From Auanema rhodensis (taxonomy: Eukaryota; Animalia; Nematoda): a stretch of 64,000 nucleotides of DNA. Below are positions 1-11,035 of the stretch, piece after piece. The position numbers and the translations under genes are program-made. Every line of letters begins with the position of its first letter. Position 1 is the stretch's first letter. Location of the stretch: positions 16,492,001 through 16,556,000 of the forward strand of contig OZ059900.1 of the NCBI GenBank assembly GCA_964057225.1. The letters run 5' to 3'. The notes under the pieces were generated by a model. That model was not told where the DNA came from. It did no database searches and saw only the letters and a program-made list of their open reading frames with translations.

Positions 1-29
1 CCAAAAACTGGTTTTCCAGCATAATAAAA

Positions 30-47
30 TATTTCTCATGGGAAATA
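30..47. other. 18-bp near-perfect palindrome TATTTCTCATGGGAAATA, present in each monomer
   Basis: 8 of 9 symmetric pairs are Watson-Crick; one is a T36/G41 mismatch. Confidence 0.85.
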
Positions 48-68
48 CTGTGTTTTTGTATTTTTCTA

Positions 69-114
69 GTGTTCAGCATGTAAAATGCTTCATTTTAGTA
101 TGTAACACGCTGAA
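69..114. other. Imperfect inverted repeat centred on TAAAATG-ctt-CATTTTA, present in each monomer
   Basis: Perfect 7-bp stem 81-87/91-97, extended by CATG/TATG and GTGTT(69-73)/AACAC(104-108). An alternative outer pairing is TTCAGC(72-77)/GCTGAA(109-114). Confidence 0.8.
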
Positions 115-145
115 ATTCGTTGCATTTGACGACTCATATGAACAA

Positions 146-199
146 AAATCGATTTAATCAATATTAGCCATAAGGGGCGTGCCCTCAGAATATGCTAAT
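146..199. other. Palindrome AAATCGATTT (146-155) and imperfect dyad ATTAGC...GGGCGTGCCC...GCTAAT (163-199), present in each monomer
   Basis: Reverse-complement matches read directly from the sequence. Confidence 0.75.
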
Positions 200-1711
200 T
201 TCCTTAATTTTCTAACCCTTGTTTTTTTGTCGTGAAAGTGGAACTAGACGTTGTACGAACAAATTTGAGCTAGGTTTCATTGACATTGCATGAGTTTGAA
301 CACATGAAATCGTAAGTCAAAACCTTGTTTACAGCGAAATTTCCAAAAACTGGTTTTCCAGCATAATAAAATATTTCTCATGGGAAATACTGTGTTTTTG
401 TATTTTTCTAGTGTTCAGCATGTAAAATGCTTCATTTTAGTATGTAACACGCTGAAATTCGTTGCATTTGACGACTCATATGAACAAAAATCGATTTAAT
501 CAATATTAGCCATAAGGGGCGTGCCCTCAGAATATACTAATTTCCTTAATTTTCTAACCCCTGTTTTTTTGTCGTGAAAGTGGAACTAGACGTTGTACGA
601 ACAATTTTGAGCTAGGTTTCATTGACATTGCATGAGTTTGAACACATGAAATCGTAAGTCAAAACCTTGTTTACAGCGAAATTTCCAAAAACTGGTTTTC
701 CAGCATAATAAAATATTTCTCATGGGAAATACTGTGTTTTTGTATTTTTCTAGTGTTCAGCATGTAAAATGCTTCATTTTAGTATGTAACACGCTGAAAT
801 TCGTTGCATTTGACGACTCATATGAACCAAAATCGATTTAATCAATATTAGCCATAAGGGGCGTGCCCTCAGAATATTCTAATTTCCTTAATTTTCTAAC
901 CCTTGTTTTTTTGTCGTGAAAGTGGAACTAGACGTTGTACGAACAATTTTGAGCTAGGTTTCATTGACATTGCATGAGTTTGAACACATGAAATCGTAAG
1001 TCAAAACCTTGTTTACAGCGAAATTTCCAAAAACTGGTTTTCCAGCATAATAAAATATTTTTCATGAGAAATACTGTGTTTTTGTATTTTTCTAGTGTTC
1101 AGCATGTAAAATGCTTCATTTTAGTATGTAACACGCTGAAATTCGTTGCATTTGACGACTCATATGAACAAAAATCGATTTAATCAATATTAGCCATAAG
1201 GGGCGTGCCCTCAGAATATGCTAATTTCCTTAATTTTCTAACCCCTGTTTTTTTTGTCGTGAAAGTGGAACTAGACGTTGTACAAACAATTTTGAGCTAG
1301 GTTTCATTGACATTGCATGAGTTTGAACACATGAAATCGTAAGTCAAAACCTTGTTTACAGCGAAATTTCCAAAAACTGGTTTTCCAGCATAATAAAATA
1401 TTTCTCATGGGAAATACTGTGTTTTTGTATTTTTCTAGTGTTCAGCATGTAAAATGCTTCATTTTAGTATGTAACACGCTGAAATTCGTTGCATTTGACG
1501 ACTCATATGAACAAAAATCGATTTAATCAATATTAGCCATAAGGGGCGTGCCCTCAGAATATGCTAATTTCCTTAATTTTCTAACCCCTGTTTTTTTGTC
1601 GTGAAAGTGGAACTAGACGTTGTACAAACAATTTTGAGCTAGGTTTCATTGACATTGCATGAGTTTGAACACATGAAATCGTAAGTCAAAACCTTGTTTA
1701 CAGCGAAATTT

Positions 1712-4700
1712 CCAAAAACTGGTTTTCCAGCATAATAAAATATTTCTCATGGGAAATACTGTGTTTTTGTATTTTTCTAGTGTTCAGCATGTAAAATGCT
1801 TCATTTTAGTATGTAACACGCTGAAATTCGTTGCATTTGACGACTCATATGAACAAAAATCGATTTAATCAATATTAGCCATAAGGGGCGTGCCCTCAGA
1901 ATATGCTAATTTCCTTAATTTTCTAACCCCTGTTTTTTTGTCGTGAAAGTGGAACTAGACGTTGTACAAACAATTTTGAGCTAGGTTTCATTGACATTGC
2001 ATGAGTTTGAACACATGAAATCGTAAGTCAAAACCTTGTTTACAGCGAAATTTCCAAAAACTGGTTTTCCAGCATAATAAAATATTTCTCATGGGAAATA
2101 CTGTGTTTTTGTATTTTTCTAGTGTTCAGCATGTAAAATGCTTCATTTTAGTATGTAACACGCTGAAATTCGTTGCATTTGACGACTCATATGAACAAAA
2201 ATCGATTTAATCAATATTAGCCATAAGGGGCGTGCCCTCAGAATATGCTAATTTCCTTAATTTTCTAACCCCTGTTTTTTTGTCGTGAAAGTGGAACTAG
2301 ACGTTGTACAAACAATTTTGAGCTAGGTTTCATTGACATTGCATGAGTTTGAACACATGAAATCGTAAGTCAAAACCTTGTTTACAGCGAAATTTCCAAA
2401 AACTGGTTTTCCAGCATAATAAAATATTTCTCATGGGAAATACTGTGTTTTTGTATTTTTCTAGTGTTCAGCATGTAAAATGTTTCATTTTAGTATGTAA
2501 CACGCTGAAATTCGTTGCATTTGACGACTCATATGAACAAAAATCGATTTAATCAATATTAGCCATAAGGGGCGTGCCCTCAGAATATGCTAATTTCCTT
2601 AATTTTCTAACCCCTGTTTTTTTGTCGTGAAAGTGGAACTAGACGTTGTACGAACAATTTTGAGCTAGGTTTCATTGACATTGCATGAGTTTGAACACAT
2701 GAAATCGTAAGTCAAAACCTTGTTTACAGCGAAATTTCCAAAAACTGGTTTTCCAGCATAATAAAATATTTCTCATGGGAAATACTGTGTTTTTGTATTT
2801 TTCTAGTGTTCAGCATGTAAAATGCTTCATTTTAGTATGTAACACGCTGAAATTCGTTGCATTTGACGACTCATATGAACAAAAATCGATTTAATCAATA
2901 TTAGCCATAAGGGGCGTGCCCTCAGAATATGCTAATTTCCTTAATTTTCTAACCCCTGTTTTTTTGTCGTGAAAGTGGAACTAGACGTTGTACGATCAAT
3001 TTTGAGCTAGGTTTCATTGACATTGCATGAGTTTGAACACATGAAATCGTAAGTCAAAACCTTGTTTACAGCGAAATTTCCAAAAACTGGTTTTCCAGCA
3101 TAATAAAATATTTCTCATGGGAAATACTGTGTTTTTGTATTTTTCTAGTGTTCAGCATGTAAAATGCTTCATTTTAGTATGTAACACGCTGAAATTCGTT
3201 GCATTTGACGACTCATATGAACAAAAATCGATTTAATCAATATTAGCCATAAGGGGCGTGCCCTCAGAATATGCTAATTTCCTTAATTTTCTAACCCCTG
3301 TTTTTTTTGTCGTGAAAGTGGAACTAGACGTTGTACAAACAATTTTGAGCTAGGTTTCATTGACATTGCATGAGTTTGAACACATGAAATCGTAAGTCAA
3401 AACCTTGTTTACAGCGAAATTTCCAAAAACTGGTTTTCCAGCATAATAAAATATTTCTCATGGGAAATACTGTGTTTTTGTATTTTTCTAGTGTTCAGCA
3501 TGTAAAATGCTTCATTTTAGTATGTAACACGCTGAAATTCGTTGCATTTGACGACTCATATGAACAAAAATCGATTTAATCAATATTAGCCATAAGGGGC
3601 GTGCCCTCAGAATATGCTAATTTCCTTAATTTTCTAACCCCTGTTTTTTTGTCGTGAAAGTGGAACTAGACGTTGTACGAACAATTTTGAGCTAAGTTTC
3701 ATTGACATTGCATGAGTTTGAACACATGAAATCGTAAGTCAAAACCTTGTTTACAGCGAAATTTCCAAAAACTGGTTTTCCAGCATAATAAAATATTTCT
3801 CATGGGAAATACTGTGTTTTTGTTTTTTTCTAGTGTTCAGCATGTAAAATGCTTCATTTTAGTATGTAACACGCAGAAATTCGTTGCATTTGACGACTCA
3901 TATGAACAAAAATCGATTTAATCAATATTAGCCATAAGGGGCGTGCCCTCAGAATATGCTAATTTCCTTAATTTTCTAACCCCTGTTTTTTTTGTCGTGA
4001 AAGTGGAACTAGACGTTGTACAAACAATTTTGAGCTAGGTTTCATTGACATTGCATGAGTTTGAACACATGAAATCGTAAGTCAAAACCTTGTTTACAGC
4101 GAAATTTCCAAAAACTGGTTTTCCAGCATAATAAAATATTTCTCATGGGAAATACTGTGTTTTTGTATTTTTCTAGTGTTCAGCATGTAAAATGCTTCAT
4201 TTTAGTATGTAACACGCTGAAATTCGTTGCATTTGACGACTCATATGAACAAAAATCGATTTAATCAATATTAGCCATAAGGGGCGTGCCCTCAGAATAT
4301 GCTAATTTCCTTAATTTTCTAACCCCTGTTTTTTTTGTCGTGAAAGTGGAACTAGACGTTGTACAAACAATTTTGAGCTAGGTTTCATTGACATTGCATG
4401 AGTTTGAACACATGAAATCGTAAGTCAAAACCTTGTTTACAGCGAAATTTCCAAAAACTGGTTTTCCAGCATAATAAAATATTTCTCATGGGAAATACTG
4501 TGTTTTTGTATTTTTCTAGTGTTCAGCATGTAAAATGCTTCATTTTAGTATGTAACACGCTGAAATTCGTTGCATTTGACGACTCATATGAACAAAAATC
4601 GATTTAATCAATATTAGCCATAAGGGGCGTGCCCTCAGAATATGCTAATTTCCTTAATTTTCTAACCCCTGTTTTTTTGTCGTGAAAGTGGAACTAGACG

Positions 4701-7700
4701 TTGTACGAACAATTTTGAGCTAAGTTTCATTGACATTGCATGAGTTTGAACACATGAAATCGTAAGTCAAAACCTTGTTTACAGCGAAATTTCCAAAAAC
4801 TGGTTTTCCAGCATAATAAAATATTTCTCATGGGAAATACTGTGTTTTTGTTTTTTTCTAGTGTTCAGCATGTAAAATGCTTCATTTTAGTATGTAACAC
4901 GCAGAAATTCGTTGCATTTGACGACTCATATGAACAAAAATCGATTTAATCAATATTAGCCATAAGGGGCGTGCCCTCAGAATATGCTAATTTCCTTAAT
5001 TTTCTAACCCCTGTTTTTTTTGTCGTGAAAGTGGAACTAGACGTTGTACAAACAATTTTGAGCTAGGTTTCATTGACATTGCATGAGTTTGAACACATGA
5101 AATCGTAAGTCAAAACCTTGTTTACAGCGAAATTTCCAAAAACTGGTTTTCCAGCATAATAAAATATTTCTCATGGGAAATACTGTGTTTTTGTATTTTT
5201 CTAGTGTTCAGCATGTAAAATGCTTCATTTTAGTATGTAACACGCTGAAATTCGTTGCATTTGACGACTCATATGAACAAAAATCGATTTAATCAATATT
5301 AGCCATAAGGGGCGTGCCCTCAGAATATGCTAATTTCCTTAATTTTCTAACCCCTGTTTTTTTTGTCGTGAAAGTGGAACTAGACGTTGTACAAACAATT
5401 TTGAGCTAGGTTTCATTGACATTGCATGAGTTTGAACACATGAAATCGTAAGTCAAAACCTTGTTTACAGCGAAATTTCCAAAAACTGGTTTTCCAGCAT
5501 AATAAAATATTTCTCATGGGAAATACTGTGTTTTTGTTTTTTTCTAGTGTTCAGCATGTAAAATGCTTCATTTTAGTATGTAACACGCTGAAATTCGTTG
5601 CATTTGACGACTCATATGAACAAAAATCGATTTAATCAATATTAGCCATAAGGGGCGTGCCCTCAGAATATGCTAATTTCCTTAATTTTCTAACCCCTGT
5701 TTTTTTTGTCGTGAAAGTGGAACTAGACGTTGTACAAACAATTTTGAGCTAGGTTTCATTGACATTGCATGAGTTTGAACACATGAAATCGTAAGTCAAA
5801 ACCTTGTTTACAGCGAAATTTCCAAAAACTGGTTTTCCAGCATAATAAAATATTTCTCATGGGAAATACTGTGTTTTTGTATTTTTCTAGTGTTCAGCAT
5901 GTAAAATGCTTCATTTTAGTATGTAACACGCTGAAATTCGTTGCATTTGACGACTCATATGAACAAAAATCGATTTAATCAATATTAGCCATAAGGGGCG
6001 TGCCCTCAGAATATGCTAATTTCCTTAATTTTCTAACCCCTGTTTTTTTGTCGTGAAAGTGGAACTAGACGTTGTACGAACAATTTTGAGCTAAGTTTCA
6101 TTGACATTGCATGAGTTTGAACACATGAAATCGTAAGTCAAAACCTTGTTTACAGCGAAATTTCCAAAAACTGGTTTTCCAGCATAATAAAATATTTCTC
6201 ATGGGAAATACTGTGTTTTTGTATTTTTCTAGTGTTCAGCATGTAAAATGCTTCATTTTAGTATGTAACACGCTGAAATTCGTTGCATTTGACGACTCAT
6301 ATGAACAAAAATCGATTTAATCAATATTAGCCATAAGGGGCGTGCCCTCAGAATATGCTAATTTCCTTAATTTTCTAACCCCTGTTTTTTTTGTCGTGAA
6401 AGTGGAACTAGACGTTGTACAAACAATTTTGAGCTAGGTTTCATTGACATTGCATGAGTTTGAACACATGAAATCGTAAGTCAAAACCTTGTTTACAGCG
6501 AAATTTCCAAAACCTGGTTTTCCAGCATAATAAAATATTTCTCATGGGAAATACTGTGTTTTTGTATTTTTCTAGTGTTCAGCATGTAAAATGCTTCATT
6601 TTAGTATGTAACACGCAGAAATTCGTTGCATTTGACGACTCATATGAACAAAAATCGATTTAATCAATATTAGCCATAAGGGGCGTGCCCTCAGAATATG
6701 CTAATTTCCTTAATTTTCTAACCCCTGTTTTTTTGTCGTGAAAGTGGAACTAGACGTTGTACAAACAATTTTGAGCTAGGTTTCATTGACATTGCATGAG
6801 TTTGAACACATGAAATCGTAAGTCAAAACCTTGTTTACAGCGAAATTTCCAAAAACTGGTTTTCCAGCATAATAAAATATTTCTCATGGGAAATACTGTG
6901 TTTTTGTATTTTTCTAGTGTTCAGCATGTAAAATGCTTCATTTTAGTATGTAACACGCTGAAATTCGTTGCATTTGACGACTCATATGAACAAAAATCGA
7001 TTTAATCAATATTAGCCATAAGGGGCATGCCCTCAGAATATGCTAATTTCCTTAATTTTCTAACCCCTGTTTTTTTGTCGTGAAAGTGGAACTAGACGTT
7101 GTACGAACAATTTTGAGCTAGGTTTCATTGACATTGCATGAGTTTGAACACATGAAATCGTAAGTCAAAACCTTGTTTACAGCGAAATTTCCAAAAACTG
7201 GTTTTCCAGCATAATAAAATATTTCTCATGGGAAATACTGTGTTTTTGTATTTTTCTAGTGTTCAGCATGTAAAATGCTTCATTTTAGTATGTAACACAC
7301 TGAAATTCGTTGCATTTGACGACTCATATGAACAAAAATCGATTTAATCAATATTAGCCATAAGGGGCGTGCCCTCAGAATATGCTAATTTCCTTAATTT
7401 TCTAACCCCTGTTTTTTTGTCGTGAAAGTGGAACTAGACGTTGTACGAACAATTTTGAGCTAAGTTTCATTGACATTGCATGAGTTTGAACACATGAAAT
7501 CGTAAGTCAAAACCTTGTTTACAGCGAAATTTCCAAAAACTGGTTTTCCAGCATAATAAAATATTTCTCATGGGAAATACTGTGTTTTTGTTTTTTTCTA
7601 GTGTTCAGCATGTAAAATGCTTCATTTTAGTATGTAACACGCTGAAATTCGTTGCATTTGACGACTCATATGAACAAAAATCGATTTAATCAATATTAGC

Positions 7701-10700
7701 CATAAGGGGCGTGCCCTCAGAATATGCTAATTTCCTTAATTTTCTAACCCCTGTTTTTTGTCGTGAAAGTGGAACTAGACGTTGTACGAACAATTTTGAG
7801 CTAGGTTTCATTGACATTGCATGAGTTTGAACACATGAAATCGTAAGTCAAAACCTTGTTTACAGCGAAATTTCCAAAAACTGGTTTTCCAGCATAATAA
7901 AATATTTCTCATGGGAAATACTGTGTTTTTGTATTCTTCTAGTGTTCAGCATGTAAAATGCTTCATTTTAGTATGTAACACGCTGAAATTCGTTGCATTT
8001 GACGACTCATATGAACAAAAATCGATTTAATCAATATTAGCCATAAGGGGCGTGCCCTCAGAATATGCTAATTTCCTTAATTTTCTAACCCCTGTTTTTT
8101 TGTCGTGAAAGTGGAACTAGACGTTGTACGAACAATTTTGAGCTAGGTTTCATTGACATTGCATGAGTTTGAACACATGAAATCGTAAGTCAAAACCTTG
8201 TTTACAGCGAAATTTCCAAAAACTGGTTTTCCAGCATAATAAAATATTTCTCATGGGAAATACTGTGTTTTTGTATTCTTCTAGTGTTCAGCATGTAAAA
8301 TGCTTCATTTTAGTATGTAACACGCTGAAATTCGTTGCATTTGACGACTCATATGAACAAAAATCGATTTAATCAATATTAGCCATAAGGGGCGTGCCCT
8401 CAGAATATGCTAATTTCCTTAATTTTCTAACCCCTGTTTTTTGTCGTGAAAGTGGAACTAGACGTTGTACGAACAATTTTGAGCTAGGTTTCATTGACAT
8501 TGCATGAGTTTGAACACATGAAATCGTAAGTCAAAACCTTGTTTACAGCGAAATTTCCAAAAACTGGTTTTCCAGCATAATAAAATATTTCTCATGGGAA
8601 ATACTGTGTTTTTGTTTTTTTCTAGTGTTCAGCATGTAAAGTGCTTCATTTTAGTATGTAACACGCTGAAATTCGTTGCATTTGACGACTCATATGAACA
8701 AAAATCGATTTAATCAATATTAGCCATAAGGGGCGTGCCCTCAGAATATGCTAATTTCCTTAATTTTCTAACCCCTGTTTTTTTGTCGTGAAAGTGGAAC
8801 TAGACGTTGTACGAACAATTTTCAGCTAGGTTTCATTGACATTGCATGAGTTTGAACACATGAAATCGTAAGTCAAAACCTTGTTTACAGCGAAATTTCC
8901 AAAAACTGGTTTTCCAGCATAATAAAATATTTCTCATGGGAAATACTGTGTTTTTGTATTTTTCTAGTGTTCAGCATGTAAAATGCTTCATTTTAGTATG
9001 TAACACGCTGAAATTCGTTGCATTTGACGACTCATATGAACAAAAATCGATTTAATCAATATTAGCCATAAGGGGCGTGCCCTCAGAATATGCTAATTTC
9101 CTTAAATTTCTAACCCCTGTTTTTTGTCGTGAAAGTGGAACTAGACGTTGTACGAACAATTTTGAGCTAGGTTTCATTGACATTGCATGAGTTTGAACAC
9201 ATGAAATCGTAAGTCAAAACCTTGTTTACAGCGAAATTTCCAAAAACTGGTTTTCCAGCATAATAAAATATTTCTCATGGGAAATACTGTGTTTTTGTAT
9301 TCTTCTAGTGTTCAGCATGTAAAATGCTTCATTTTAGTATGTAACACGCTGAAATTCGTTGCATTTGACGACTCATATGAACAAAAATCGATTTAATCAA
9401 TATTAGCCATAAGGGGCGTGCCCTCAGAATATGCTAATTTCCTTAATTTTCTAACCCCTGTTTTTTTGTCGTGAAAGTGGAACTAGACGTTGTACGAACA
9501 TTTTTGAGCTAGGTTTCATTGACATTGCATGAGTTTGAACACATGAAATCGTAAGTCAAAACCTTGTTTACAGCGAAATTTCCAAAAACTGGTTTTCCAG
9601 CATAATAAAATATTTCTCATGGGAAATACTGTGTTTTTGTATTTTTCTAGTGTTCAGCATGTAAAATACTTCATTTTAGTATGTAACACGCTGAAATTCG
9701 TTGCATTTGACGACTCATATGAACAAAAATCGATTTAATCAATATTAGCCATAAGGGGCGTGCCCTCAGAATATGCTAATTTCCTTAATTTTCTAACCCT
9801 TGTTTTTTTGTCGTGAAAGTGGAACTAGACGTTGTACGAACAATTTTGAGCTAGGTTTCATTGACATTGCATGAGTTTGAACACATGAAATCGTAAGTCA
9901 AAACCTTGTTTACAGCGAAATTTCCAAAAACTGGTTTTCCAGCATAATAAAACATTTCTCATGGGAAATACTGTGTTTTTGTATTTTTCTAGTGTTCAGC
10001 ATGTAAAATGCTTCATTTTAGTATGTAACACGCTGAAATTCGTTGCATTTGACGAATCATATGAACAAAAATCGATTTAATCAATATTAGCCATAAGGGG
10101 CGTGCCCTCAGAATATGCTAATTTCCTTAATTTTCAAACCCCTGTTTTTTTGTCGTGAAAGTGGAACTAGACGTTGTACGAACAATTTTGAGCTAGGTTT
10201 CATTGACATTGCATGAGTTTGAACACATGAAATCGTAAGTCAAAACCTTGTTTACAGCGAAATTTCCAAAAACTGGTTTTCCAGCATAATAAAATATTTC
10301 TCATGGGAAATACTGTGTTTTTGTATTTTTCTAGTGTTCAGCATGTAAAATGGTTCATTTTAGTATGTAACACGCTGAAATTCGTTGCATTTGACGACTC
10401 ATATGAACAAAAATCGATTTAATCAATATTAGCCATAAGGGGCGTGCCCTCAGAATATGCTAATTTCCTTAAATTTCTAACCCCTGTTTTTTGTCGTGAA
10501 AGTGGAACTAGACGTTGTACGAACAATTTTGAGCTAGGTTTCATTGACATTGCATGAGTTTGAACACATGAAATCGTAAGTCAAAACCTTGTTTACAGCG
10601 AAATTTCCAAAAACTGGTTTTCCAGCATAATAAAATATTTCTCATGGGAAATACTGTGTTTTTGTATTCTTCTAGTGTTCAGCATGTAAAATGCTTCATT

Positions 10701-11035
10701 TTAGTATGTAACACGCTGAAATTCGTTGCATTTGACGACTCATATGAACAAAAATCGATTTAATCAATATTAGCCATAAGGGGCGTGCCCTCAGAATATG
10801 CTAATTTCCTTAATTTTCTAACCCCTGTTTTTTTGTCGTGAAAGTGGAACTAGACGTTGTACGAACATTTTTGAGCTAGGTTTCATTGACATTGCATGAG
10901 TTTGAACACATGAAATCGTAAGTCAAAACCTTGTTTACAGCGAAATTTCCAAAAACTGGTTTTCCAGCATAATAAAATATTTCTCATGGGAAATACTGTG
11001 TTTTTGTATTTTTCTAGTGTTCAGCATGTAAAATA
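1712..11035 (+). repeat. Block duplication copy A (M6 to 5' part of M33)
   Basis: The ordered rare variants (C88T, A259T, T111A, G179A, G109A+G273A, A85G+G267C, T30C+C133A+T213A) recur in the same order in copy B. Confidence 0.85.

Noticed and set aside
115-131. CENP-B box-like ATTCGTTGCATTTGACG
   Set aside because: It matches TTCG and the central A of NTTCGNNNNANNCGGGN but has TGAC in place of CGGG (6 of 9 core bases), so it is not a canonical box.
38-157. Short ORF in each monomer (ATG 38 to TAA 155-157; MGNTVFLYFSSVQHVKCFILVCNTLKFVAFDDSYEQKSI); monomer length is divisible by 3
   Set aside because: Only 39 codons with no recognisable domain. All six frames contain stops within the monomer and T6/T8 indels shift phase freely, so this is not a repeat-protein gene.
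212-219. Telomere-like CTAACCC(T) motif
   Set aside because: A single unit per monomer, not tandem, and expected by chance.
280-308. Bacterial -35 box TTGACA (280-285), and poly(A) signal AATAAA at 23-28
   Set aside because: No -10 element at the proper spacing (CATGAA) and no gene context; such hexamers are expected in AT-rich DNA.
1-342. Identity with primate alpha-satellite dimer (2 x 171) or other known ~340-bp satellites such as those of Tribolium beetles
   Set aside because: Only the length matches. I see no alpha-satellite sequence motifs, and I cannot verify similarity to any other family without a database search.
1-342. Tandem 5S rRNA, tRNA or snRNA gene unit, or a MITE array
   Set aside because: No recognisable 5S, tRNA cloverleaf, Pol III A/B box or snRNA sequence, and no terminal inverted repeats with target-site duplications bounding a unit.
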